Assembly: GCA_963804425.1 (NCBI GenBank)
Contig: CAWDQF010000009.1
Coordinates: 92,666 to 156,665, forward strand
Length of the DNA stretch: 64,000 nt
Direction: 5' to 3'
Source of the DNA: an uncultured Verrucomicrobiae bacterium
Lineage (GTDB): Bacteria; Verrucomicrobiota; Verrucomicrobiia; Chthoniobacterales; JAFAMB01
Numbering within the stretch: the first letter of the stretch is position 1; the number at the start of each line of letters is the position of its first letter. Below, piece by piece: positions 56,001 to 58,428 of this stretch. The notes under the pieces were generated by a model. The model did no database searches. It had not been told where the DNA came from and saw only the letters and a list, made by a program, of their open reading frames with translations. Both the position numbers and the translations under genes were made by a program.

Positions 56001-58428
56001 GCTGATCCCGCCAAAGCGCGTTCCAATCCAGAGCGAGACCGCCAACCCACAACTGGCCTAACCGTTGCCAATTTCGTTGGGAAATCAGGGTCTGAACAAA
56101 CTGGTCGCCAGCCGCTCCACTGAGCAACGTGTCGATCTGGACCACGTCCTGGGTGCTGCCTCGAACAGCGGAGGTTTGGACTCCCTTCGCCACGGAATCG
56201 AGCGTGACGCGCACCTCTTCCACTGTCTGGGCAACAAACGCCAGCCGTTCTCTCATTCCCTCGCGACCAACTTGCAGTGTATATGCCAGATCGCGCACGC
56301 TGACACCGCTCTCGGCAGAGCGTGTTATCGCCTGATGCTTTGCCAGATTGGCGGCCAATTCGGCCAATCGTTCCGGGGTTCTCGCCGACAGAACGATTAG
56401 CTGCGGTTCGGCTGCGCGGTCGGTCGCATTTAGTGGAGAGATCTCAGGATATTCTTCGAGAACGACATGAGCGTTCTCGCCCGAAAATCCGAACGAGCTC
56501 ACTCCCGCGCGACGCGGGAGGTTATTACCGAAACCGTCCTGCAAGCGAGTCCATGCGCGATGCTGGTTCAAGACAAAGAACGGAGTATTCGTCAGATCGA
56601 TCTTCGGATTGATAGAACGAAAGTGCAGATTGCCTGGGATGGTTCCATGCCTGAGCGCGAGGACAACCTTCACCACACCGGCTAAACCAGCCGCCGCTTC
56701 GAGATGGCCGATGCTCGTCTTTACTGAGCCCAGACCACAATAGTGACCCTCGATTCGGGATTTGTCCGACACAACGGGAGTTGTTCCGAACACCGATCTA
56801 AGGCCATTCACTTCAATCGGGTCACCCAGCTGTGTGCCGGTTCCGTGGGTTTCAATATAGGTTATCGTACCCGGCTCAACCCGAGCTTTCCGCAATGCCG
56901 CGGCCACCACGTCACCCTGTGCCTCTGGGTTAGGGGCCGTGAGGCCCGCCGCGCGTCCCCCATGATTTTCCGCCGATCCTCGAATGACAGCATAGACCGA
57001 ATCGCCATCCAGCTCCGCTCGGGATAATGGCTTGAGCAGAAGCGTCACAACCCCTTCACTCCGCACGTAACCGTCAGCTCGTTCGTCAAAGGTCTTGCAG
57101 CGGCCATCTGAGCTCAGCATGCCGGTCTTCGTTCCGGACCGGGTAAGTTCGAGATCGAGGATCAGGTTCACCCCCCCAGCGACGGCCAAGTCGCATTCCC
57201 CGGAGTGCAAAGCTACGACCGCGCGATGCAAAGCAACGAGTGAGCTGGAACAGGCCGTGTCGATCGGAGCGCTCGGTCCCCGGAAGTCGAAATAGTAAGA
57301 AATCCGATTCGCGATGAGCGACGACGCCGATCCCAGTAGCAGCTGCGCCGCCGAGTCAACCGTATCGTCTATCGGCTGGCCGCGATATTCGGCGCCACCG
57401 ACAATTCCCACAAAGACGCCAGTCTTACTTCCAGCCAAATCGCCGGCACGATGTCCGCTGTCCTCGATCGCGTGCCAGACCGACTCGAGAAAGAGCCGTT
57501 GTCGTGGATCCATTGCGGCAGCTTCGCGTGGCGAGATGCCGAAAAACGGCGCATCGAATTTGTCCACATCATCAATGAACCCACCCAAAATTGGTAACCC
57601 GGTCCATCCCGGGCCAAGGCGCTCTCGTGGGTATTCGTGAATGGCGTCGTGCCCGGAAATCAAGTTGCTCCAGAAAGCGTCTACGTCCGCTGCATCCGGC
57701 AAGCGAGCAGCCATACCAATGATGGCAACGGGCTCGATACCCGAGCTTTCTCTGGACGGCGAAGCGATCTCCGTGCTTACGGAAAGCCGGTTGGTGAGGA
57801 ACTTGGCAACGCCTCGGAGAGTCTTGTAGTGATAAAAAATCGTGGCATCGACCTCTTGAGCAAACTCCTGGTTCAGTGCGACGGCCAAGCCAGTCAATCG
57901 TATCGAATCGAATCCGAGTTCGGCGAGCGGCCGATCCCAATCGATCTCGGTTACGGGCAGTTTGACCACTTCTGCGGCGACGCGTTGCAGCCCTCGCTGC
58001 ACGGCTTCCAGCCGATTCGGGTCTGCAGCGAAATCTTTCGAGGCAATGGAATCCGAATTAGCTCGGCATTTCTCGAAAATTTCTTCCAGTCTGGCGCGCG
58101 CCAGGAACTTGCGATCGACTTTATGATTCGGAGTAAGTGGCAAATCCCACAGCACCTCGAACCGTGAGGGGATCATGTAGTCTGGCAACACCCGTTGCAG
58201 ATGATCGCTAATTTTCTCTCCGGAAAGGTCCGGCTCCGCTGAATCAGCTCGAACCCAAAAAGCAAATAACGCCGAATGCCTCTGACTGTCGGTTCGAAGG
58301 ACAACAACTGATTCTCGAACTCCCGGAATTCGATTCAGTTGGGACTCGATTTCGCCAAGCTCAACTCGAAATCCGCGGATCTTGACCTGCTGATCGACCC
58401 TGCCTACGAACTCATACATATCTGACAA
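29086..58428 (-). CDS. hybrid NRPS/trans-AT PKS, 9780 aa: A(sub)-PCP-KS-cMT-ACP-KS-DH-KR-cMT-ACP-KS-KR-ACP-KS-ECH-ACP-KS-DH-KR-ACP-KS-DH-ACP-KS-LLM-KR
   Basis: Uninterrupted 29.3-kb ORF. The reading frame opens inside an adenylation domain (first residues are core motif A8). Possible starts are TTG 58426-58428 or ATG 58417-58419, both overlapping the end of the upstream ORF. Seven KS domains all have Cys/His/His and none has an in-line AT. Confidence 0.93.
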   Translation of the reverse strand: MSDMYEFVGRVDQQVKIRGFRVELGEIESQLNRIPGVRESVVVLRTDSQRHSALFAFWVRADSAEPDLSGEKISDHLQRVLPDYMIPSRFEVLWDLPLTPNHKVDRKFLARARLEEIFEKCRANSDSIASKDFAADPNRLEAVQRGLQRVAAEVVKLPVTEIDWDRPLAELGFDSIRLTGLAVALNQEFAQEVDATIFYHYKTLRGVAKFLTNRLSVSTEIASPSRESSGIEPVAIIGMAARLPDAADVDAFWSNLISGHDAIHEYPRERLGPGWTGLPILGGFIDDVDKFDAPFFGISPREAAAMDPRQRLFLESVWHAIEDSGHRAGDLAGSKTGVFVGIVGGAEYRGQPIDDTVDSAAQLLLGSASSLIANRISYYFDFRGPSAPIDTACSSSLVALHRAVVALHSGECDLAVAGGVNLILDLELTRSGTKTGMLSSDGRCKTFDERADGYVRSEGVVTLLLKPLSRAELDGDSVYAVIRGSAENHGGRAAGLTAPNPEAQGDVVAAALRKARVEPGTITYIETHGTGTQLGDPIEVNGLRSVFGTTPVVSDKSRIEGHYCGLGSVKTSIGHLEAAAGLAGVVKVVLALRHGTIPGNLHFRSINPKIDLTNTPFFVLNQHRAWTRLQDGFGNNLPRRAGVSSFGFSGENAHVVLEEYPEISPLNATDRAAEPQLIVLSARTPERLAELAANLAKHQAITRSAESGVSVRDLAYTLQVGREGMRERLAFVAQTVEEVRVTLDSVAKGVQTSAVRGSTQDVVQIDTLLSGAAGDQFVQTLISQRNWQRLGQLWVGGLALDWNALWRDQRPQRLHLPVYPFDRRRYWLDQRPSGVSPTPERLSAKRVKFSWDAKQVVSQLALLPPAEFGFRPEQAEVEFRGFDRLEMLGALTLLSVLRHKGVFLEAWKPATGSSLASDLMALRKYHRLCDSIVDLLVHAELLAPSKDGGFRCRNNEELENGLTGLDVAWKHFREQYPGFAAHAEFLRNCIQALPAVVSGELPATDVLFPKGSTELVGQIYQGTILTDYFNRLSATAVREFVAGRLRRGENLVRILEVGAGSGATTGFIAELLREFAPHIEYFFTDISLAFKKQGERRFKHPFMRFGLLDIDKPPATQGFETQSFDLVFGANVLHTTPLLRRSLQNCKALLRRSGLILLLEGTQARIFNGLTYGLLDGWWSFEDSERRIPNAPLLTADQWRRALIEEGFHEVHALGPGTSNADHLFQVVIIGENGAIDVSGSNTLDPSRELLLPAKGLVATEPTPSLSTGDSSRNGEADQFPGGSEVRPPMQPDLDEILTEKVKTVVRQVLQTESDELKCDATFESLGVDSILSVEIVEKLNDSLPIKLRSTDLFNYASTAKLADHIRDLLGDDGRQQLLREVPTFLGASRKSSGSAAATPQARTTAVESTETCADTLAGALEPIAIIGYSGQFPGAQDLDQFWRNLRAGKDSISEIPPDRWPLQEFYDPNGKVPLTSYSKWGGFLPDPAFFDPLFFNISPREAEFMDPQQRLFLTESCRALENAAYSIRDLDGRRCGVFVGCGPSDYEHHLRQGDEWGESYAFTGNASAILSARIAYHLNLKGPNLAIDTACSSSLVAIHLACESLRSGSSEIALAGGVAVICTPRFHVWGSRSGMLSKTGRCHTFSQSADGFVPAEGVGVLVLKRLSDSVRDRDHIHAVVRGSGINQDGKTNGITAPSAPSQTALETEIYERFGVHPETINYVECHGTGTKLGDPIEVQALTDAFRRFTDKIGFCALGSVKSNIGHALSAAGIAGVIKVLLSLKHGELPPTLHCENLNEHIDFDDSPFVPNRTVRRWDRKRPRRAAVSSFAFSGTNAHLVIEDAPPVETSVDGGKPGYLIALTARTEDSLRARMVGLANWLESVDAADASLGQVSFTLNIGRTHFERRCAFIVNSLIEFKDLLGQVLVGQLPPGYLTRHSVDSAPLLALNAPEDQLSQLSDDATRYLDALRRRARLFIGGAEIDWQELYSEGDRYRIPLPTYPFEKRRFWFTPKKAGAGSLEQLGPFLDRLESSSEAEDTFTKRFEPPDRVLAEHLVGDRPVLPGVVCLEMAREAAAALGRNEIQFRSIVWLRPLEGCLEPIDVYLRLRRENDYLRFRLETGEGEESLVHAQGELHSPGMVTERESLDLSGIRKRCESEFAKKSIYPRFAQGGVNYGSWYQTVERIWVGENEVLGELAIDDPEELCGCKLHPALVDGALQVAACLLFGERDAAPQLRLPFALERLDLVAPLPARVTVYARGDFEQGATILLADALGQVCARLRGYVARPVKDLLLGLCFSAHWVEKNLAPSTHSVSKATHSVWLISPSSGLLERALQLKHPEAVEIRLGWSSSDGREKSWRIDVQDPEAWNELLIKLPLPELIYFIAGPVVGQSELERTERGQAQGVVSLFRLIKALQRSLCWKPPLELKAVARQIWPVGGAAGEPYSSAIVGLMGSLGREYPEVACSCLDVGEVTPENVESTVHAILAETAHRRAEKIAWRSGNRYELMLCPATVAPTADTKFRRDGVYIIAGGAGGIGMALSEWLSRRYAARIAWIGRRTLAPEIQRGLDAVNRLGGEAIYLKADLANQLEVESAFATVRERWGAIHGVVHSALVLRDRLVKRMQEDDFLAALAPKTAGMVVLAAAVKSAGAEWLLVLSSIQSFFNNGGQSNYAAGSVFADCYARWIEQTTALPVHVLNWGYWGSVGVVASDRYRSVMAAKGMGSIEVSEGMAAIERVLAQEVRELTVLKASSALLDEFRIEHDRKKHFQKARRKSLSEELRAALSGSEARQLQPAAGAAQRERDGLAELEQLGRVALASFFSGCSPLSSGECRDLPSLQTKLNVIPRQSRLLLSLLDVLRASGFLVLHEGNWQIASQFEQSSASESKESFDGFKSNFVEKYPEFSAHAELIAICVAALPEVLRGARAATEVMFPGGSLRFVEKVYQGTALTDYFNKLAALAIKRAVALRIAEKPAEKIRIVEVGAGTGGTTGFVAAALESYADKIDYVFSDVSSGFKVHFQRQFGDRYPFMRFAVIDLERGLREQVLEPGSADIVLAANAIHVARDLHDGLNLLKGLLTANGLLVMLEVTRVTVFNTLTYGLLDGWWHFTDGHRRQPNAPVLSREQWLRVFAEEGYRSVLTSDVLPASLTGEFQSLLVAESDGVFFESITQTRPETEVTRVGESTSQRSTEDECGHGSSSHGESLGDVGNDVESLRERVEEHVGAVVKKVLRLADADLSVEATFDRLGVDSIVGVEVVDALNQSLGTQLRPVDLFNYATVQILSDRIVSTYGPIVRTHLQAVPAVSQRIVTDANRVEAELQGLVVPSLLTVNRPRSSEHFTGDRGIEPDLVGAPIAIIGMSGSFPEAANVEEFWLNLAAGTDSVTEVPVTRWPLAEFYTEQRGVPGRSYSKWGGFLSEIDRFDPLFFNISPHEAELMEPQHRLFLMESWKALEDAGYSNRELNGSKCGVFVGCSGGDYEHVLRAAGRDGEAYSFMGIAPAILASRIAYWLNLKGPSLSIDTACSSSGVAIHLACESLRQRTSNMVLAGGVSLMSTPRFHVLASQTEMLSPTGKCQTFGEGADGFVPGEAVAVLVLKRFADALRDGDHVHGVIRASAINQDGKTSGITAPNGPAQTALEIEAYDRFRIQPETISYVECHGTGTKIGDPIEVGALTDAFRHYTDKTGFCAIGSVKTNIGHTLMASAVTSVVKVLLAFRYRQLPPSLHAANTNPQIDFANSPFYVNRELTNWPALRTQPRRAAISSFGFSGTNAHLVLEEAPPLPDRESMAKPAYLFALSGRTEASLRQRIADLATWLEKPENADEAARDISYTLGFGRSHFEKRLVLVARTSTELREILAAVLAGRPEENALFGTAEQLTPGDSAIYRQLQRSMLAELTSRSVHPSECREKLRVLAGLYLKGQEIEWKNLCAGESCRRISLPVYPFSLERYWVDPPTTGWHQSLVSVTDSEIVAANPSSSHPEPLRLAPVWQTMATNAPMPENVSGTVCLVGDDEAILQRLTEDGCNLRVVQLRNGPEILVTNNIATAPLSSDSDYSQLFVQLAPVAIVLSWRSIQARDQLTAGIDLVHALCRNLVRSRLTREIRFLFVHASDAPPEIRAIAAFLETVTQENPKILARSVITDNPDAIIYEELCSGAEGSEVRYRNNQRETKTVGEIAETEQDDGWFRTGGSYLLTGGAGSLGLIVSEHLVRRYQARLAWIGRSKLDATQLAAAEQLRQLGGEVLYLQGDLASRADVIELVRRAKEHFGLIHGVIHAAGILRNNFLLNKNREELHQTVAAKVQGTIYLDEALASEPLDFFLLYSSVASLFPEPGQSDYAFANRFLDEFAVRREQLRAAGFRRGRAMTLNWQMWRVAGIVQGLSTEELAVRASETVRLTGLTPLTAEQGTDLLERSALVHECSALIGLGDRERLLQRSAKLYGGRVAPKTPAAVAVSDEQLAARTELYVTTLLGGLLKIPAERFDVQRPLVEYGLDSILITNFNRRIEKDLPAVSKTLLFEYPNAAAVGQHLLSAHRSELQELLGDRLESFTKGDSPVANEPSLTKTCRQSGTTSEVGAPRANRDVAIVGVAGQFPQSTDLLGFWSNLKNGRNCISEIPPGRWGSVELYDPDPAMAGRGKLYCKWGGFLEGVDEFDASFFNISPAEAEIMDPQERLFLQTAWHALEDAGYARSELFGWLRAEQRENVGVFAGITHNSYQLLGVLRNREIPTRVDHSGGWSLANRISYYFNFRGPSLPVDTACSASLSAIHLACESLRNGECAIALAGGVNLHLDPSKFVNACALGMLSRTGQCRSFGAQADGYVPGEGVGVVVLKPLDQAELDGDHIYGVIKASAINHGGRTNGFSVPNPAAQAAVIAKTLRQANLDPRGISYIEAHGTGTALGDPIEIDGLTKAFAEASRDRLGKDLPVATQWCALGSVKANIGHLEAAAGVAGLIKILLQLRYRKLVSSLHGDPVSPDIDFSRTPFRLQQGLSDWARMTLDGQLQPRRAGLSSFGAGGSNAHLIVEEYAAKLGRRDSPDSSEQPALIVLSAKGEPQLKQSAAKLLNYLRVEDPEIIGDLSSIAYTLQVAREPMEERLTIVVGNLDELRSRLQAFVQDGTRAVGVACGRIGMRPCRNPSETGWSHLRNKLGRSELEQLADSWISGGQIDWRALYSIAPPRVSLPGYAFFGKRYWYGSFQENQSSNESVIPEPILGDPRSAEKRPSHWMASVQQFNRTAQVELEITEEGIALVRMQDRANRNMFTEGILHGLMACFAEIEQDEAIKTAVVTGYDNVFSMGGTRDELLTLSNQVRTFADLEFIFKGFLQCRVPVIAGIQGHAAGGGLVFGLYADLVVMAEEALYSAVFTKYGFTPGLGATFILRDKLGDALAAEMMMTAGTYRGSELLRRGANVTIKPQAEVLAEALRIARALSEKPSHTLSILKASLARRTLEQLPGILEEELRMHAETFGHPEVKRRINQFIRDRGSQESGPAEQPTAPPIPTKPVVSTNERIRLKALGAGEILKDPDIESHSPAEKPLPVLTDLVGSPLVLTVAAPAEEVRAYLATQLCETLHLERDALNPVASFRDLGLDSVSGVEFIHSVNRRFGLHLDASIVYDYVHFEALSAHIVDLVGRNGIVSVSPEPRGLGGSNRGMPAAVKSPSKIQLHIPDEDADTPVDAGRPTPEKIQANEEESPKTGALAEPTTATPAHTQPFELEMAIIGISCRVPGAQNADTFWRNLATGRDSVTEVPPERWDIDSVFDPNPSAEGKTYCRWGGFIDAVDRFDPLFFNLSHAEAEVMDPQQRIFLEEAWKAFEDAGYSPKSLANKKCGVFVGAAVGDYGAVLRRENPALSQSAFAGMGLTPSILAARVSYLLNLKGPSISIDTACSSSLVALHQACRSIQAADCEMALVGGINLILDADQIITTSKLQMLSPFGRCRPFDQRADGIALSEGAAAVVVKPLTAAIHDRDHIYGVIRGSGVNQDGKTNGITAPSAISQAELVKEVCTRAKVDPAEIGYVETHGTGTLLGDPVEIRGLTDAFRHFTDRKQFCAIGSVKSNIGHTSFAAGLVGLIKVLLALKHRQIPPSIHFEKPNEHIAFETTPFFVNTGLRSWTERERRPRLAAVSSFGYSGTNAHVLVQEFVQPSAQPGFGSSRQRCAILLSAKTDEALRQRAEDLNRFLESVSANDDPKPYSLRNVAYTLQVGREPMEERLAFIVSSFTEARDKLEAFLAGKLNVGVYRATIAKREGQNDQHSTRAALEDLTRAWVFGADLDWATLYQEHPPRRVPLPAYPFARERCWVPSAVKGPTQLLVGGARESVRPSERPTIDGRVVAIRLDPEMLFLREHQVDRDPVLPAAAVLGLIAKAVQDVIPGEAVELDEVVWLRPLVVRNATGIRVRFRLESQAIRIDVVAASDDETVYAAGFARIDTAFIPTVIDLNAVKERCDRHISADELYGRFAAGGLLYGRSFRIIDGMRCGSREALSSLRNWGGEPEISELAFPANLLDAAFQSVAALQPNGGNVLPFSVGRLRFGPIESPCYAHVELTEERGEVRKFRVALLDANGRQQMVADDFTVRVVNAASQRVTYLRPVWKPRPLSLGPAAGLRGKLLLLDQDEEFFRELRGHDCGLEIVRAIAGEHYQRTENSVYLRPDRDEDYERLVREISPDCIIHRWLWPELSHLAALELGFGSMIRLTRSLLRGGLTKDLPILFHSNLTGGLAAEAMHAFARTLRQEQPKLRLKTLAGGDVKAVLDELRSTDADFEVRRSDCSREVCAPESFTPQTAGQSPLRKGGVYLITGGNGVLGQILAQYLTKNFQAKVVLISRSPPNESSLARFQEWEQNGSTVLSVRADVSRREDVARCIEAAKTQFGAIHGIIHAAGVIRDALLWNKRPDDAQAVLAPKINGALCLDELTANDRLDCFVLFSSIAGLAGNIGQADYAYANAFLDAFARRRQTLVREGKRLGTTVSINWPLWAEGGMKPADLLPVHSQRLLPLEVSTGLKIFETSLLAGEPQIAGLVLADSSEQTAGTHAAAPEPLPETKDAISNVDAIGFLKVCFSQLTKIPVDRIHAHEPLEKYGIDSILVMTFTQHLERDFGPLSKTLLFEYQTLETLGRHFVEQHQQRLRELLGQQHATELSTQGEPVSRQIERDSPYPVGSHPIVGGTKDIAVIGLFGRFPMADNPAEFWENLVKGRDCIVEVPKDRWDYGRYFSAKPSEPGKTYNKWGGFLRDVDKFDPAFFRILPREAEVMDPQERLFLEAVWLTLEEAGYRRSALRRKRIGVFVGVMYGQYQLLGLGGSEPGRLLSLSSSYGSIANRVSYFFDWTGPSMAIDSMCSSSLTAIHLACDSIRKGESDSAIAGGVNLLLHPIRDVGLAQGNFAATDGRCKSFGTGGDGYVPGEGVAAVMLKSLSKAVADHDPIHAIIKASRINHGGKTNGYTVPNPHAQAQVIADTIRESGIDPRAITYLEAHGTGTSLGDPIEVTGLTHAFRTVMNECDSTVLGEGPPAKNFCAIGSVKSNIGHLEAAAGVAGLIKVILQFRHRTLVPSLHAETLNAHIPFAETPFAVQRMLSPWPAAKLGKGEQELTLPRRAGLSSFGAGGSNAHLILEEYLEQRVSESLPEGLPYLILLSAVNDDRLKAVTRTLVTWISNRESEPDFPSIGEIAYTLQVGREALPERLAFLVHSQSELRDGLERFLSEDLAAEFIRGNMREDRSAAAVLEGEEGQVFLESLINRRQWTKLAQLWVTGVEIEWEHLWTNKQVRRVSLPGYPFLRERYWVPAFAETGTGLSASRLHPLVHRNESTLRVQAYASRLAANEAVLRDHLVNGQRLLPGAASVELALAGVGLALEQENVRLLNLLWTHPLICDASDVTTRLLMRPRADGRLDFEIRDTQGAVCVSGKAEPIQPLEPETLDLAAILARCPQALSPDQLYADFAARGLEYGPAFRVIRQIRKGNAEVCSEMELVPEHWPDSYRLHPALLDGALQSLAAIAVGTDALQIPFAVASVDCYRSVPQHCFAYGKAKGEIGDFCSYNVTLTDAEGAVVARLTDIRVRRVNAARPDRDADSVGRGSRRAAVLPEAGLRTGNDLIQPRSQRIERRQVVEYLVQRFSELTKLPLAQIHPDEPVENYGIDSVMITTFAQMLEHDLGELSKTLLFEYPSLDALANFLVNEHSTALQGLLGFSAVSDPVQSELSPINPDRRFLATPVNEAIDPARVVDPRSDDIAIIGVFGRYPQADDLEEFWENLAKGKDSIEEVPSDRWDYRAHYSPEAGVLGKTNNKWGGFLRDVDKFDPLFFNISPREAQFMDPQERLFLEAVWKTVEDAGYSKIALNDRKVGVFVGVMYGHYQLLGVEERLKGNPVALSSSFATVANRVSYFFNWHGPSLAIDTMCSSSLTSIHLACESLKRSECELAVAGGVNATIHPEKDIVLSQSGFSAVDGRCRTFGEGGTGYVPGEGVGAVLLKPLGKAIADGDPIHGVIKASSLNHGGKTNGYTVPNSKSQTEVILDTLRRAKIDPRTISYIEAHGTGTVLGDPIEIAGLQQAFSEVIKEDPERLELPDAVGQFCGIGSVKSNIGHSESAAGIAGLTKVLLQLRHRKLVPSLHAEALNPNIRFGETFFRVQQRLEDWKRLHAGDRIIPRRAGISSFGAGGANAHLIVEEYIGAEPDISICVTGEPALIVLSAKNFDRLKALTNNLLTFLEKKVDLSAADSVADRSEDSIFLRNLAYTLQVGREPLEERIAFVAQDVGECIVTVKNWLRGAQVPGMSTGNIKKSSPKLDQLRESDSVEGFIVPLLTDRGLEQLAQLWTAGAQVDWSRLYHGLKPRRISLPTYPFARQRYWVPKGGFFPVETRDSNTGRPIATETQTRVETNGSRAAHHEIQSVTELSSPTSLPESGIVTEPEFSVMFFSDNSQVAAKHKYQLVLETAKFADEHGFTGIWTPERHFHPFGGIYSSPATLTGALATVTRRIRLRAGSVVGPLEDPLRIAEAWSVVDNLSHGRVDLAFASGWNPNDFALRPEAYPRLREVWLERIPQVQQLWRGESIERINGKGETVRLRIYPEPCQRELPIWLTASRRVETFIDAGGRGYHVLTMLQGTTLAQLTEKIRRYREARLKAGFDPATGKITLMLHTFVHRDREYARQLVREPFLEYIRSSLDAHRTAVAGGDQIKAEDLNKMVEFSFERYCREASLIGDPAGCVEMVEKCREVGVDEIACLLDFGADTASVLGSLPYLEELRELCQKQGKGDAPANTEDFSQLAFESNGAKPPSMLSKDEPAGQFLTTDWIEHPLDQIQLAPVESLLFVHSGINGLEKPLRSVLAARSTYSIKLGTVARRLGPAEWEVDASSAKAFELCLSEVPRPDFVCFVGAGECGGEEPARVRESERLGVIALARLLRSMDLLGWLATPLRLRIVTTGIHSVLGEPTSPYFAGLSGLTGSLSKEYPHLNIAALDVDEQELADLAPAQQAACLIAAEPPQRASEKVAIRAGRRFRLRLNLTDLPPLDHSRFRNQGVYLIVGGGGSVGTELSLYLARNYQARLVWIGRRPLDVVIESRTDQVRAEGGEVSYVQGSGDDPAALRVAIDLAQSKYGSLHGVIHSAFVFQDEILRRLDATAADEILSAKTGSAVVLTELTRGLPIDFLLFLNSAQSFFNEARRAIYAAACCFVDAYAPEIQRQVGFPVHVINWGFWDHSFSSSIRTTMRGAGLGVIRAEDGMQAIERVLQGGIAQAAYLHANQEALRRMGIDPTEQLTYLSESQECLEEVHAVLAAKLFE
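29194..30561 (-). other. KR4 ketoreductase at the C-terminus of the 9780-aa protein
   Basis: GVYLIVGGGGSVGTELSLYL; HSAFVFQDEI; LNSAQSFFNEARRAIYAAAC; NWGFWDHSF. The tail AEDGMQAIERVLQGG parallels the KR1-to-cMT2 linker VSEGMAAIERVLAQE. Confidence 0.8.
30694..31707 (-). other. in-line luciferase-like (flavin-dependent) monooxygenase domain
   Basis: EFSVMFFSDNSQVAAKHKYQLVLETAKFADEHGFTGIWTPERHFHPFGGIYSSPATL...VDNLSHGRVDLAFASGWNPNDF...LIGDPAGCVEMVEKCREVGVDEIACLLDFG. The FSVMFF codons were checked at 31681-31701. Confidence 0.85.
32425..33744 (-). other. KS8 ketosynthase
   Basis: DDIAIIGVFGRYPQADD; IDTMCSSS (Cys codon 33235-33237); EAHGTGTVLGDPIE; GSVKSNIGH; flanking subdomain ends ISLPTYPFARQRYW. 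Confidence 0.92.
33901..34116 (-). other. ACP7
   Basis: VENYGIDSVMITTF; Ser codon 34009-34011. Confidence 0.85.
34243..35040 (-). other. DH3 dehydratase (module has no KR)
   Basis: HPLVHRN; LRDHLVNGQRLLPGAASVE; LHPALLDGALQS. Followed directly by a carrier domain. Confidence 0.82.
35581..36915 (-). other. KS7 ketosynthase
   Basis: KDIAVIGLFGRFPMAD; IDSMCSSS (Cys codon 36406-36408); EAHGTGTSLGDPIE; GSVKSNIGH; flanking subdomain ends VSLPGYPFLRERYW. Confidence 0.92.
37057..37275 (-). other. ACP6
   Basis: LEKYGIDSILVMTF; Ser codon 37165-37167. Confidence 0.85.
37474..38637 (-). other. KR3 ketoreductase (B-type signature)
   Basis: GVYLITGGNGVLGQILAQYL; HAAGVIRDAL; SSIAGLAGNIGQADYAYAN. Confidence 0.85.
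38659..39456 (-). other. DH2 dehydratase-fold domain (slightly atypical motifs)
   Basis: LREHQVDRDPVLPAAAVLG (LPAAA instead of LPGAA); ANLLDAAFQS. Confidence 0.75.
39994..41274 (-). other. KS6 ketosynthase
   Basis: LEMAIIGISCRVPGA; IDTACSSS (Cys codon 40756-40758); ETHGTGTLLGDPVE; GSVKSNIGH; flanking subdomain ends VPLPAYPFARERCW. Confidence 0.92.
41527..41751 (-). other. ACP5
   Basis: FRDLGLDSVSGVEF; Ser codon 41644-41646. Confidence 0.85.
41974..42717 (-). other. in-line enoyl-CoA hydratase / crotonase-fold (ECH) domain
   Basis: IALVRMQDRANRNMFT...AVVTGYDNVFSMGG...PVIAGIQGHAAGGGLVFGLYADLVVMAEEALYSAVFTKYGFTPGLGATFIL. The GHAAGGG codons at 42391-42411 were checked on the nucleotide sequence. 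Confidence 0.82.
43336..44673 (-). other. KS5 ketosynthase
   Basis: RDVAIVGVAGQFPQS; VDTACSAS (Cys codon 44140-44142); EAHGTGTALGDPIE; GSVKANIGH; flanking subdomain ends VSLPGYAFFGKRYW. Confidence 0.92.
44824..45045 (-). other. ACP4
   Basis: LVEYGLDSILITNF; Ser codon 44935-44937. Confidence 0.85.
45274..46461 (-). other. KR2 ketoreductase (lacks the LDD-type Asp: A-type-like)
   Basis: GSYLLTGGAGSLGLIVSEHL; HAAGILRNNF (Asn where the other seven KRs have Asp); SSVASLFPEPGQSDYAFAN. Confidence 0.82.
47083..48357 (-). other. KS4 ketosynthase
   Basis: APIAIIGMSGSFPEA; IDTACSSS (Cys codon 47848-47850); ECHGTGTKIGDPIE; GSVKTNIGH; flanking subdomain ends ISLPVYPFSLERYW. Confidence 0.92.
48553..48777 (-). 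other. ACP3
   Basis: FDRLGVDSIVGVEV; Ser codon 48664-48666. Confidence 0.85.
48979..49746 (-). other. cMT2 C-methyltransferase
   Basis: YPEFSAHAELI; SAM motif IVEVGAGTGGTTG; ADIVLAANAIHVARD; LLTANGLLVMLE; LLDGWW. Confidence 0.88.
50284..51531 (-). other. KR1 ketoreductase (B-type signature)
   Basis: GVYIIAGGAGGIGMALSEWL; HSALVLRDRL; SSIQSFFNNGGQSNYAAGS; NWGYWGSVG. Confidence 0.85.
51553..52356 (-). other. DH1 dehydratase
   Basis: LAEHLVGDRPVLPGVVCLEM; LHPALVDGALQV. Confidence 0.8.
52894..54165 (-). other. KS3 ketosynthase
   Basis: EPIAIIGYSGQFPGA; IDTACSSS (Cys codon 53653-53655); ECHGTGTKLGDPIE; GSVKSNIGH; flanking subdomain ends IPLPTYPFEKRRFW. Confidence 0.92.
54319..54546 (-). other. 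ACP2
   Basis: FESLGVDSILSVEI; Ser codon 54439-54441. Confidence 0.85.
54754..55551 (-). other. cMT1 C-methyltransferase
   Basis: YPGFAAHAEFL...; SAM motif ILEVGAGSGATTG (55231-55269, checked on the nucleotide sequence); FDLVFGANVLHTTP; LLRRSGLILLLE; LLDGWW. Confidence 0.88.
56449..57735 (-). other. KS2 ketosynthase (receives the aminoacyl/peptidyl chain)
   Basis: EPVAIIGMAARLPDA; IDTACSSS (Cys codon 57250-57252); ETHGTGTQLGDPIE; GSVKTSIGH; flanking subdomain ends LHLPVYPFDRRRYW. Confidence 0.92.
57793..58011 (-). other. PCP (peptidyl carrier)
   Basis: LAELGFDSIRLTGLAVAL; Ser codon 57904-57906. Confidence 0.85.
58093..58428 (-). other. adenylation domain C-terminal subdomain (Asub: motifs A8-A10)
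   Basis: EFVGRVDQQVKIRGFRVELGEIE (A8); LPDYMIPSRF (A9); PLTPNHKVDRKFL (A10, with the catalytic Lys). Confidence 0.88.
58412..58428 (-). other. frame junction inside the adenylation domain (stop of upstream ORF overlaps candidate starts of downstream ORF)
   Basis: Minus-strand sequence is GGAGATCTTGTCAGATATGTATGAGTTCGTAGGCAGG. Frame A reads G D L V R Y V stop (TGA 58412-58414). Frame B reads (TTG 58426-58428) S D (ATG 58417-58419) Y E F V G R. Confidence 0.95.

Noticed and set aside
10017-58167. Dozens of 60-225-aa ORFs on the + strand inside the megasynthase genes (for example 13662-14171, 14060-14737, 32512-33174, 47101-47574, 57637-58167).
   Set aside because: They lie antisense to continuous, motif-rich PKS reading frames and have Arg/Ser/Pro-rich low-complexity translations with no recognisable family. 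Such ORFs are expected by chance opposite long GC-biased coding regions.
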